The notes beneath the pieces are model-generated. The model was not told the DNA's origin. It saw only the letters and a program-made list of their open reading frames with translations, and did no database searches. Of a DNA stretch of 64,000 nucleotides, positions 30,251 to 39,159 are shown in pieces. The translations under genes were made by a program, and so were the position numbers. The stretch's first letter is position 1. The number at the start of each line of letters is the position of its first letter. Source of the DNA: Clostridia bacterium (lineage in GTDB: Bacteria > Bacillota > Clostridia > Christensenellales > QALW01); assembly GCA_045541035.1 (NCBI GenBank), contig JAZQII010000059.1, forward strand, positions 899 through 64,898, given 5' to 3'.

Positions 30251-31036
30251 ATGAAACTTATTATTAAAAACAACTATGATGAAATGTGCGCATGGGCGGC
30301 ACAGCATATTGCTGATGCAATCAATAACCATAAAGAAGATAGACCTTTTATTTTAGGTCTTCCTACCGGCTCATCACCTCTTGGCGTTTATAAGCGCCTT
30401 ATTGAAATGAACAAAGAAGGTAAAGTAACCTTTAAAAACGTTGTAACCTTTAATATGGATGAGTACGTTGGCTTACCTCACGAGCACGATCAGAGTTATT
30501 GGTATTTTATGCACGATAATTTCTTTAACCATATTGATATTCCTAAAGAGAATATAAACATCTTGAATGGTATGACAGACGATCCTGAAGCAGAATGCCA
30601 AAGATATGAAGATAAAATTGCATCTATGGGTGGAATCGATCTGTTCCTTGGCGGTTGCGGTGTTGACGGTCATATCGCATTTAACGAGCCCTTTACTTCA
30701 TTAACTTCCCGTACAGGTGTTCGCGCATTAACAGAAGATACCTTGATTGCTAACTCCCGTTTCTTCAATAACGATCCCAACAAGGTTCCCAAAACTGCTC
30801 TTTCAGTAGGCGTTGGAACAGTTTGCGATTCAAAGCAAGTTCTTTTGCTTATTAACGGTCATCATAAAGCACGCGCTCTCCGCCATTGTGTTGAAGGCGG
30901 TGTAGATCACGCTTGGACAATAAGCGCACTCCAACTTCATAAAGACGGCATTATCGCCTGCGATGAAGCCGCCTGCGGCGAATTAAAACTTGATACTTAT
31001 AAGTACTTTAAAGAGATCTATAAGAACGAAAAGTAA
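30251..31036 (+). CDS. nagB: Glucosamine-6-phosphate deaminase
   Basis: LGLPTGSSP, TFNMDEY and DGHIAFNEP motifs. Confidence 0.96.
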   Translation: MKLIIKNNYDEMCAWAAQHIADAINNHKEDRPFILGLPTGSSPLGVYKRLIEMNKEGKVTFKNVVTFNMDEYVGLPHEHDQSYWYFMHDNFFNHIDIPKENINILNGMTDDPEAECQRYEDKIASMGGIDLFLGGCGVDGHIAFNEPFTSLTSRTGVRALTEDTLIANSRFFNNDPNKVPKTALSVGVGTVCDSKQVLLLINGHHKARALRHCVEGGVDHAWTISALQLHKDGIIACDEAACGELKLDTYKYFKEIYKNEK

Positions 31037-31094
31037 TTGAAAGAAAGTACGTGCTTTGAGCATTGTGTTAAGAAAATAAAATATTTATATAAAC

Positions 31095-31132
31095 AGACAC
31101 ATTATTTTTGAATTCTCTTAAATAATGTGTCT
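31095..31132. repeat. Third 38-bp hairpin of the same family
   Basis: AGACACATTATTT-12 nt-AAATAATGTGTCT; same length and same outer arms as copies 1 and 2. Confidence 0.75.
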
Positions 31133-31304
31133 ATTTATATGTATTAAATTTTTTAATTAGGTTCTTTTGTGTTTTATAGAAAGAAAAAAACTCGTAACAT
31201 TTTTTTACAATGGAATTTAGCACTATAAACTATTATGCAATTCTTTGTTCTAATTATCATTTTTAATAAAAACTTTATCATCACAAAATACAACAAAAAA
31301 TGCT

Positions 31305-32468
31305 TTATATTCCATAATCATATGAGGAAAATGTAATTTTATATTCTCCGTAAGGTAAGCTTCCTATAAACTGTGTAAGAAGCATTGTATCTCCAGCAAG
31401 GCAATTACTTTTAATGAAATAGCTGTTTTTAACAATGTTTCCGTTTGAATCGTATATTTTATAACGACATCCGAATGTACCATTTACGCTAATTTTTACC
31501 GTTAATTTTAATTTGCCATCTTCGTATGACACATTATTGATAAAACCAGCTCCCTGGAATTCAACTCTTCCAGTTGAGTTAAAAGTGTAAGTACATTCAA
31601 CGTATTGGGATTTATTATAGGTTATTTTATATGCAGATACACCACAACGATCGCACTTGCCTGATAAATAGGTGTGTCCTAACGCTGGCATACCGCTTGT
31701 ACCACATACCGAACAAGTTTGAGATTGTGTACAAGTTGCATTTTTCCATGAATGTTGTGCCACTGAACCAGTTGTTTTACCACATTTTGAACAGGTTTTA
31801 GGTTGTGTGCACGTTGCATTTTTCCAAGAATGAGAAGATGTAACTGATTGCGTTTCTACTTTTCCGCAAACACAAACACGTTGTTTTTCACCGCTAACAG
31901 TACATGTAGCTTCTTTTGTTGTTGTCCATTTGCCGAACGAATGACTAGTAACAGGTAAAACTTTAGATTCTACTTTTCCACATTTGCATGTGCGCTGAGC
32001 TTCGCCTTTTGTTGTGCAAGTAGCTGCTTTTGTTGTTATCCATTCACTAAATGAATGATCAATAGTCGGTAACGCTTTAGATTCCGTTGCTCCGCATTTA
32101 CAGGTGCGCTGAGCTTCGCCTTTTTCTGTGCATGTAGATTCTTTTATTGTTGTCCAATCGCCATATGAATGATTGATAACGGGTAATTTTTTAGATTCTA
32201 TTTTTCCGCATTTGCAAGTACGTTGAGATTCCCCTTCTGTAGTACATGTCGCATTTTTTGTTATTTTCCACAGACCAAAAGAATGTTCAACTATTGGAAT
32301 TTCTTCGGAATATGTATCATTGCAAAGGGTACAAGTAAATGTTTTTGTGCCAACTGAAGTGCAAGTTGGCTCTGTTGTTATATTTTCTTCATATTGATGC
32401 TCACAACCACATGAAGTAAGCAGGAAGACTGTTAATAAAATTCCAAAAATTAAAATTATTTTTTTCAT
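31305..32468 (-). CDS. Cys/His-rich repeat lipoprotein
   Basis: Start at ATG 32468 after AAGGAG; lipobox LLTSC; four 37-38-aa and two 26-aa Cys repeats. Confidence 0.8.
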   Translation of the reverse strand: MKKIILIFGILLTVFLLTSCGCEHQYEENITTEPTCTSVGTKTFTCTLCNDTYSEEIPIVEHSFGLWKITKNATCTTEGESQRTCKCGKIESKKLPVINHSYGDWTTIKESTCTEKGEAQRTCKCGATESKALPTIDHSFSEWITTKAATCTTKGEAQRTCKCGKVESKVLPVTSHSFGKWTTTKEATCTVSGEKQRVCVCGKVETQSVTSSHSWKNATCTQPKTCSKCGKTTGSVAQHSWKNATCTQSQTCSVCGTSGMPALGHTYLSGKCDRCGVSAYKITYNKSQYVECTYTFNSTGRVEFQGAGFINNVSYEDGKLKLTVKISVNGTFGCRYKIYDSNGNIVKNSYFIKSNCLAGDTMLLTQFIGSLPYGEYKITFSSYDYGI

Positions 32469-32481
32469 AAATTTTCTCCTT

Positions 32482-32691
32482 TTATAATATTTCAGACCAT
32501 TTTGAGTATCTGCCACAACTTTTTTGACAATCGCGTTCTTCATTGGCAAAACGATAATCTTGTTTATTACAAGGCGCATGTTTATCATAGATGTTAATTT
32601 TTAGTTTACTATGTTGATCAAAAATAAGTTCTCTATTGCCTGCCCAATATTCGCAAGTGCCACATATTTTTCTATCGGTTTTGCTTTGCAT
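32482..32691 (-). CDS. 69-aa Cys-rich small protein
   Basis: GGAGG RBS before ATG 32691; MQSKTDRKICGTCEYW...C...C...C. It is the 3' part of track ORF 32482..32928. Confidence 0.65.
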   Translation of the reverse strand: MQSKTDRKICGTCEYWAGNRELIFDQHSKLKINIYDKHAPCNKQDYRFANEERDCQKSCGRYSKWSEIL

Positions 32692-32695
32692 AAAT

Positions 32696-32836
32696 TTAAT
32701 CCTCCATAGTTTTTTGCTCTCTATTTTTTTCTTCTTCGCGTACACAATTAGAACAAGCCTCTGAACCATTATCCAATGTTTCAAAAAAACTAATATCGTA
32801 CTCTTTACCACAATAATCACATTTTTTTGTTTCCAT
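32696..32836 (-). CDS. 46-aa CxxC...CxxC zinc-ribbon-like protein (below ORF-track cutoff)
   Basis: AAGGAG RBS. Hand translation: METKKCDYCGKEYDISFFETLDNGSEACSNCVREEEKNREQKTMED*. Its 3' end contains the RBS of the next gene. Confidence 0.7.
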   Translation of the reverse strand: METKKCDYCGKEYDISFFETLDNGSEACSNCVREEEKNREQKTMED

Positions 32837-32970
32837 TTTGTATTTCTCCTTTCGTTTACAAAAAAATTTGATAATAATTTAAAATTATTGTCAAATAATA
32901 ATATACTATAGTATTTTGAAAATGTCAACTATATTTATACAATAGTATTGTAATATTTGAGTTGGCGGTG

Positions 32971-33255
32971 ATGAAAATGTTTTCAAGCAGAATAAAGGAA
33001 TTGCGTGTTTCAACGGGGTTAAATCAAGTAGACTTTGCAAAAAAACTTAACGTAACAAAGCAGAGCGTGAGTAATTGGGAAAATGGGAATATTCAGCCAT
33101 CAATAGATATGCTTATAAAAATAGCAACGGTTTTTTCTGTCAGTGCAGATTATCTTTTGGGACTTGACGTGCGTTCAACCATTGATGTTTCAAATCTTAC
33201 TGAAAAGCAAAAATCTCACATACAGTCAATTGTCGATGATATTCGAAATAAATAA
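32971..33255 (+). CDS. XRE-family HTH regulator
   Basis: RIKELR..GLNQVDFAKKLNVTKQSVSNWENG..QPS motif; divergent from the Cys-rich operon. Confidence 0.9.
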   Translation: MKMFSSRIKELRVSTGLNQVDFAKKLNVTKQSVSNWENGNIQPSIDMLIKIATVFSVSADYLLGLDVRSTIDVSNLTEKQKSHIQSIVDDIRNK

Positions 33256-33260
33256 CGCAT

Positions 33261-33292
33261 AAAAAAAGTCCGATAAAAATCGGACTTTTTTT
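33261..33292. terminator. Bidirectional terminator
   Basis: AAAAAAAGTCCGAT/ATCGGACTTTTTTT. Confidence 0.85.
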
Positions 33293-33294
33293 GT

Positions 33295-34770
33295 TTAACC
33301 AAGTAAAACAATGGGAATATATAGGGGAATGGATCTGCCTACTGCGCTGACTTCGAGGACACATCTGTTTTGTGCGCTTAAAAATTCGCCTGCTTTTATG
33401 GTAACGTCAAACTCACATTTTGCTTTCTGGTGGGCGTTAAAGTGGGGCAGGGAAATACTGCTTTTTGCATTTTCAACGGAAAAACCGTCAGGAAGCCACC
33501 AACGAAGCTCAAGGTTATAAAGCTTATTATCAAATACGCTGAAATTATTTTTAAGTGTAATATGAATTTTCTTTTCACCGTTTGGCTTTATTTCGGGTGT
33601 ACCGTCATAAGCGACTATTGCTGTTAAAAAGGCTGACTCAACGGTTATTGAATTTGGTGTTACCGTATCAAGAATATCTTTAAAATATCTGTTATCCACA
33701 AATTTTTCAAAGGTGTTTTCGGGAAGATAATCATTATCAGAAACAAATTCAACGGCACTTCTTGATAAGTGAATTACTGAAGGTGCCTGGAAAATAACTC
33801 TTTCGCTTAACTCGGTGCAGGTTGCAGGAATGTTTCTCGCAGAACCGCCACGGTTAATTGAAATTGTTACTATATCATCACCGATATGCTTTTTCCAATC
33901 TTCGGGAATAATTTTGTTACCGCCTAAAATACCTAATGTTGCGCCAACAGTTGCGGCGGTGCAGTCGGTATCATCACCGCAGTTTATGGCGGTGAGCATT
34001 GACTTTTTAAAATCGCCTGCGCCCCAAAGCAGACCGATTATTGCATAAGAAACATTGGAGGGTGCTTCAAACCAACCGTCGCCAATATCCTTGTTGCGCT
34101 CAAGAATAATATTTCTTGTTTCAACCCAAGTTTTGCTTTCGTCAAAGCATTTAAGAACAGTTCTGATACTGTCTGCCATACGGCAATTTTCGGGAATTCT
34201 TGAAAGCCCTACTTCAATGCATTTGCGCAAGTCTTTTATAACAAAAGCCGCTGATTGCATTGCCGCAACAAATACGGCGGCGAAAGTGCCTTCGCCTGAA
34301 CCGTGATCCACCTTTGCATCTTCAAGAGCGTATTTTGCCGCAATATCGGGGCAACCTGGTGCAAGACACGCCCATATCTCTGTGCGGATCCACGCGCCGT
34401 TTGAGTGCTTCCAATCGTTTTGATAATCGCCTGATAGTGGTGACATAAGTCCCCGTTCAAGATTTGATTTTCCAATGCCGTATTCGTTCCAATGGGGAAC
34501 AATATAGCTTAACCAAAACTCACCTAAAATAGCGGTATTTATTCTGTTTATGCCAAGTTTTTCAACGGCAAGAAGCCAAACAAGCTGAAGATCAAGATCA
34601 TCGTTAGGTAAAACAACGTTTGCTTCGGTCGCAAAGCCTTTAACGTCAAGAAGCTCCCTTTTACACTCATAGGGAGTACCCATTGTTCCACCGATGTTTT
34701 TACCTACCCAGCAGGAATAAACCTTATCTTTATAAGAATCAAAATTAAGTTTTATTTTAAAATCTTCCAT
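33295..34770 (-). CDS. ADP-ribosylglycohydrolase family protein with C-terminal beta domain
   Basis: GKNIGGTMG, NDDLDLQ, NGAWIRTEIW and NCGDDTDCTAA motifs. Confidence 0.85.
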   Translation of the reverse strand: MEDFKIKLNFDSYKDKVYSCWVGKNIGGTMGTPYECKRELLDVKGFATEANVVLPNDDLDLQLVWLLAVEKLGINRINTAILGEFWLSYIVPHWNEYGIGKSNLERGLMSPLSGDYQNDWKHSNGAWIRTEIWACLAPGCPDIAAKYALEDAKVDHGSGEGTFAAVFVAAMQSAAFVIKDLRKCIEVGLSRIPENCRMADSIRTVLKCFDESKTWVETRNIILERNKDIGDGWFEAPSNVSYAIIGLLWGAGDFKKSMLTAINCGDDTDCTAATVGATLGILGGNKIIPEDWKKHIGDDIVTISINRGGSARNIPATCTELSERVIFQAPSVIHLSRSAVEFVSDNDYLPENTFEKFVDNRYFKDILDTVTPNSITVESAFLTAIVAYDGTPEIKPNGEKKIHITLKNNFSVFDNKLYNLELRWWLPDGFSVENAKSSISLPHFNAHQKAKCEFDVTIKAGEFLSAQNRCVLEVSAVGRSIPLYIPIVLLG

Positions 34771-34821
34771 AATAATTCTCCTTTTTTATCATTTTATCAT
34801 AGAAAAAAAGAAAAATCAAGA

Positions 34822-35691
34822 TCAATGACCCAAAACACCCTGCTTTACCGGTGAATTTCTTACGCCTAATTCGGGGTGCCGTCTTTCTAAAATAGCCTTT
34901 GAAATTTCAATATCTTCAATGGCTTCCATTGCACTGCCTGCGCCAACGGCTATCATATCACAATCACGTATCGCATTCCAGGCAAAAGTAAATCCAACGT
35001 AAGGAGTGCATCTGCCTGCCGCCATAGGTTTAATTGTCATAACGGGTTTTTTTGCGTTATGAATAATACGCGCAACATATTCAACTTCAATTTGCATTAA
35101 AAAGCCCATACAGTTGAAAATCTGAATATAGGTTTCAACGTCGTATTCGTTCTTATCGGCGTATTGTATAACTTCGGGCATGTGTGCGCCAAGTCCGGGA
35201 ATAAGGCCTTCGTCGCGAATCATTGAAAGATAATCGGAAATTCTTGGAATCTCTTGCTTATGCTTATCTAATAACTGTTCAACGCAGGAATGGAAAAGCA
35301 ATGAATAGGTTGAACCTGCCTCGCGGCTTTTTTTAATTGCCTCGCGCGCTTCACGTCTGCCCTGCGCCGAATCTTCAACGTTAACGTTTGGCGTATCAAC
35401 AATAATAATCTTCTTGCCTAATTTATCTTCTGCATATTTAATTGCATCAAGACCTAATTGATGACGGCTTATGGGCCCCATAATCGTATCAACACCTCTG
35501 TCAAGATATGCCTTTAATACGGGGAAGAAATCTTCAGGTTTCTGGTATTTTTCCTTAATGCCTGCATCTGCGGCAGGACCTGTGTGGCTGTAACCGAAAA
35601 GCCAGTTAATACCCATAATCATTCTTGAAACGGATACTCCGCCAACGGTGGTTCTTGGGAAAAGTTCTTCGTTTTTTATTATTTCGCTCAT
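34822..35691 (-). CDS. Aldo/keto-reductase-fold hypothetical protein
   Basis: VSRMIMG.N, PGLGAH and VMTIKPMAAGR motifs; canonical AKR catalytic tetrad not evident. Confidence 0.6.
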   Translation of the reverse strand: MSEIIKNEELFPRTTVGGVSVSRMIMGINWLFGYSHTGPAADAGIKEKYQKPEDFFPVLKAYLDRGVDTIMGPISRHQLGLDAIKYAEDKLGKKIIIVDTPNVNVEDSAQGRREAREAIKKSREAGSTYSLLFHSCVEQLLDKHKQEIPRISDYLSMIRDEGLIPGLGAHMPEVIQYADKNEYDVETYIQIFNCMGFLMQIEVEYVARIIHNAKKPVMTIKPMAAGRCTPYVGFTFAWNAIRDCDMIAVGAGSAMEAIEDIEISKAILERRHPELGVRNSPVKQGVLGH

Positions 35692-35748
35692 TGTATATTC
35701 CTCCTTTTTTTACATTCTACCACGTAATAAAAATATCTGCCATATGTG

Positions 35749-35783
35749 AAACAGACTTTTTTATTGACTAAACCGACTTTTTT
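35749..35783. promoter_or_regulatory. Tandem direct repeat, candidate AraC site
   Basis: AAACAGACTTTTTT and AAACCGACTTTTTT, 21 bp apart, in the divergent promoter region. Confidence 0.5.
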
Positions 35784-35809
35784 TGATATTCTTTTTTTGA
35801 GGTGATTAT

Positions 35810-36532
35810 ATGAATTTCAGTCATTGCAGCCGTGCGTTAAAACCATTTTATGCGTGTAAAAATCACAGCCATAACGCATGGGAGATTATATATCAAACAA
35901 TGGGTAAAACCCGAGCTTTTGCAGGAGATAATGTGTTTGAAATGTCCGAGGGTGACGTTATCGTTATTCCTCCGGGAACAGTTCACAGAACAGAATCTGA
36001 TACATATATAACGGATATGTGGATTTCTTTTAAAAAATATGAATTTCCGACATTTCCTTTTTTAGTAAAAGATACTGATGGCAACATACGTAATTTGTTT
36101 AATATGTTGTTTAAAATTTGTGATGAAAAACCAAAAGGCTTTGAAAGCTTTGCTGAAAGATTTACCGAACTTATTTGTCTTTACGTAAAAAAAGCAAGTG
36201 CAGAAGAAGACGTACCCTCAATTATAGGGGTAATAAAAAATAAATTAAAAGAAAATATTGAGAACAGTGATTTTATGGTAACTGAATATATAGTTTCGTT
36301 GGGCTATAATCCTGATTATTTCCGCAGACTTTTTAAAAAATATACTTCTTTTTCACCATCGGTATATTTAAACAATCTGCGTATGGAAAGGGCAAAGGAA
36401 CTGCTTTTTGCAAATCCCTTTTTTAGTATAAGCGAAATTGCAAACTTGTGTGGCTTTAAAGATAGCCTGTATTTTTCAACATCTTATAAACGGTATACAG
36501 GGGTAACACCCTCATGGTATAAAAAACAATAG
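35810..36532 (+). CDS. AraC-family regulator
   Basis: HSHNAWEI cupin; EIANLCGFKDSLYFST.YKR.TG.TPS HTH. Confidence 0.92.
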   Translation: MNFSHCSRALKPFYACKNHSHNAWEIIYQTMGKTRAFAGDNVFEMSEGDVIVIPPGTVHRTESDTYITDMWISFKKYEFPTFPFLVKDTDGNIRNLFNMLFKICDEKPKGFESFAERFTELICLYVKKASAEEDVPSIIGVIKNKLKENIENSDFMVTEYIVSLGYNPDYFRRLFKKYTSFSPSVYLNNLRMERAKELLFANPFFSISEIANLCGFKDSLYFSTSYKRYTGVTPSWYKKQ

Positions 36533-36594
36533 GCTTGAAAATAAAAAGAAATTGTAGTAAAATATAAACATAACTTTTTTACGAGGAAAATTTT

Positions 36595-37752
36595 ATGGCA
36601 ACTCATAATGATGTTTTTAAAACTATTGATAATTTAACACCTGAATTTATTAAATTTTGGGAAGATGTGGGAAATCTTGAAAGTCCCACAAATTATAAAG
36701 CGGGCGTTGATGCGGTAGGCGATTACTTCGCTTCTTATGCTGAAAAAGAAGGCTGGGAAGTTGAGAGATTTGAGCACGATATCGTAGGCAACGTTGTGTG
36801 CATTACGATGAATTCGGGCGTTAAAAGTGCGCCCATAACTCTTTCAGGGCATATGGATACTGCCCATAAGGTTGGCTCTTTCGGAACACCTGCAGTAAAA
36901 ATTGATGAAGAAAATATTTATGGCCCCGGTGTTATGGATTGTAAGGGCGGTGTTGTTGCCGCAATGCTTGCAATGAAAGCATTAAAAGCACATTCTTTTA
37001 TAGAAAGACCAATTCGATTACTTTTGCAAAGCGATGAAGAAAACGTAAGCGCGTACAGTAACAAGGCGACCATAAATTACATCTGCCAAAAATCCGCAGA
37101 TTCCATTGCATTTCTTAACTGCGAAAGCACGAGAAAAGGTACGTTGGTTCTTTGGCGCAAGGGCTGTTTGAGATTTTTAGTTACGGTAAAAGGAAAATCC
37201 ATTCACGGCTCACGGTGCGCAGAAGGCGGTGTAAGTGCTATTCAGGAAGCCGCATATAAGATAATTAAACTTGAAGAATATCCCAAAGATGTTGAAGGCT
37301 TGAGTTTTAACTGCGGAATAGTTAAAGGCGGAACTTTGGCAAATACCGTTCCCGATCTTTGTACCTTTAATGCGGAGATACGTTATAGCACTCAGGCTCA
37401 ACTTGAAGAGGGAAAAAAGATTTTTGAGGAAATTTTAAGTAAAACGTATCTTGAAGGTACAACTACTTTATGGGAAGTTGAATCATACTGTCCCGCAATG
37501 GAAAAAACACAAAAGAATTTTGAACTTCTTGATAAAGTAAACGAGATTTACAAAAAATGTGATATGCCAATTTTATCTGCAAGAGGCAGTTTAGGCGGTT
37601 CAGATGCGGCGGCGGTAACGGTTGCAGGCATACCTTGTGTTGATGCTATCGGTGTTGCAGGTGATTTTATTCATACATTAAGAGAATATGCAACGCTAAG
37701 ATCCTTGCCCGAAGCGGCAAAACGTATTGCTTCGGTATGCTTATATATTTAA
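36595..37752 (+). CDS. M20 family metallopeptidase (carboxypeptidase G2-like)
   Basis: GHMDT, GVMDCKGG, SDEE, GGSDA and FIHT motifs. Confidence 0.88.
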   Translation: MATHNDVFKTIDNLTPEFIKFWEDVGNLESPTNYKAGVDAVGDYFASYAEKEGWEVERFEHDIVGNVVCITMNSGVKSAPITLSGHMDTAHKVGSFGTPAVKIDEENIYGPGVMDCKGGVVAAMLAMKALKAHSFIERPIRLLLQSDEENVSAYSNKATINYICQKSADSIAFLNCESTRKGTLVLWRKGCLRFLVTVKGKSIHGSRCAEGGVSAIQEAAYKIIKLEEYPKDVEGLSFNCGIVKGGTLANTVPDLCTFNAEIRYSTQAQLEEGKKIFEEILSKTYLEGTTTLWEVESYCPAMEKTQKNFELLDKVNEIYKKCDMPILSARGSLGGSDAAAVTVAGIPCVDAIGVAGDFIHTLREYATLRSLPEAAKRIASVCLYI

Positions 37753-37770
37753 AATTTATGAGGGAAAAAT

Positions 37771-38865
37771 ATGTTTGAACTTATTAAAAATTATCCTGCT
37801 GTATATGCGGTAGGCGATGAATATCAGATAACCGTTATGGCAAAAAGTGAAATGCTTGTATCGGTAATTATCGACGGTAAAAGATATTATGATGAATCAA
37901 ATGGGATTATCCGTTCAGGTAAATATCTACACAAAGTGTTGGTGCCTGTTGAAATTCTTGATAAAAGTAAAAAATACACGCTTGTTTTAAGAAAAGTAAA
38001 TGCGCGTTTAGCCTATTATTCAAAATGTGATGATGAAATAACTTTTGATTTTGATTTTAAACCTGTAGGTGACGGTGAAATAAATATTTATCATATATGC
38101 GATTGCCACGGCAAATCCGAAACACCGATAAAAGCGGCAGGATATATGAAAAATATAGATCTGCTCATTTTGAACGGAGATATGCCAAATGATGTTAATA
38201 CTCCCGAAGAATTTGATATAATCCACAACGTTGCAGGAAGCGTTACAAAAGGCAATATTCCCGTTGTCTGTGCACGGGGTAATCACGATAATCGCGGCAA
38301 ATGCGCAGAAGATGCTGATATTTATATGCCGTCTCAAAACGGTAAACTGTTCTATTCTTTCAGTGTTGGCTCCCTTTGGGGCGTAGTGCTTGATAGGGGA
38401 GAAGACAGACCTGATGATTTTCCCATGTATGGCAATGTAGTTTGCTTTACACAGTATCGCCATAAGCAGACTGCTTTTTTGGAAAGAATAGTTGAAACGG
38501 GCGAATATAAAAAAGAGGGTATCACAAAACGTATAGTTGTTTGTCATACACCTTTTATGTATGCTTATGATGCTCCCTTTGACGTTGACAGTGATGTTAA
38601 TGTGCGCTGGTGTGAGCTTTTAAGGGAAGTAAAGCCGCATTTTATGCTTTCAGGGCATCATCACACAACTGAGGTGATCTACCCAGGACACAAACACGAT
38701 AAATTTGGTCAGCCTTGCCCAATAATATTCGGATCAAACCCGTGTATGAAGCTTGAAAATGAAGATAAATTTATTGGTTGCGGCATAAAATTTGATGATG
38801 ATAATATTGAAGTTACCTTTAATGATAATAATCACGAAATCTGCGGAAAAGAAACGCTGAAATAG
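37771..38865 (+). CDS. Calcineurin-like metallophosphoesterase
   Basis: ICDCH, LNGD, RGNHD, VCHTP and SGHHH motifs. Confidence 0.85.
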   Translation: MFELIKNYPAVYAVGDEYQITVMAKSEMLVSVIIDGKRYYDESNGIIRSGKYLHKVLVPVEILDKSKKYTLVLRKVNARLAYYSKCDDEITFDFDFKPVGDGEINIYHICDCHGKSETPIKAAGYMKNIDLLILNGDMPNDVNTPEEFDIIHNVAGSVTKGNIPVVCARGNHDNRGKCAEDADIYMPSQNGKLFYSFSVGSLWGVVLDRGEDRPDDFPMYGNVVCFTQYRHKQTAFLERIVETGEYKKEGITKRIVVCHTPFMYAYDAPFDVDSDVNVRWCELLREVKPHFMLSGHHHTTEVIYPGHKHDKFGQPCPIIFGSNPCMKLENEDKFIGCGIKFDDDNIEVTFNDNNHEICGKETLK

Positions 38866-38870
38866 TAGAA

Positions 38871-39114
38871 AAAACCCGTCTTATGACGGGTTTCTTCAGA
38901 GCACTGACAAACCCTTACAAACATAGCACCCTGCAAAAATTTTGCAGGGTGCTATTTCCGTCGTTACGATGCCCTTGACCGCTCAGTTACTTACGCCAAT
39001 GTAAGCGCCATCGCGTTCAGAACATCGTGCCTTGGCTTGCAAGGGTTTCTCGAACTCTGACAGTCTGCTGACTTTGTCAGCAGACTCAAAAACCCGTCAA
39101 AAGACGGGTTTCTT
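38871..39114. mobile_element. Putative MITE/REPIN-like non-autonomous element flanked by a duplicated terminator
   Basis: AAAACCCGTC-N4-GACGGGTTTCTT occurs at 38871-38896 and 39089-39114. The interior has several palindromes and CTGACAAA/TTTGTCAG inverted ends; no ORF. Confidence 0.6.
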
Positions 39115-39120
39115 GCTATC

Positions 39121-39159
39121 TATCCATAAATTTCTTGTTATTTATCCATAAATTTCTTG
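39121..39159. repeat. 17-bp direct duplication of a gene 3' end
   Basis: TATCCATAAATTTCTTG at 39121-39137 and 39143-39159. Confidence 0.85.

Noticed and set aside
28506-31132. CRISPR array or integron
   Set aside because: Only three repeats about 1-1.5 kb apart, no short spacers, no cas or intI gene in the window; kept only as a repeat finding.
32482-32928. 148-aa ORF as a single gene
   Set aside because: Its first 79 codons run through an AT-rich promoter and overlap, out of frame, a better ORF (32696..32836). RBS evidence supports two small genes.
32962-33255. Prophage repressor
   Set aside because: No integrase, structural or replication genes nearby.
35744-35755. parS-like GTGAAACA
   Set aside because: Only a half-site; TGTTTCAC is missing.
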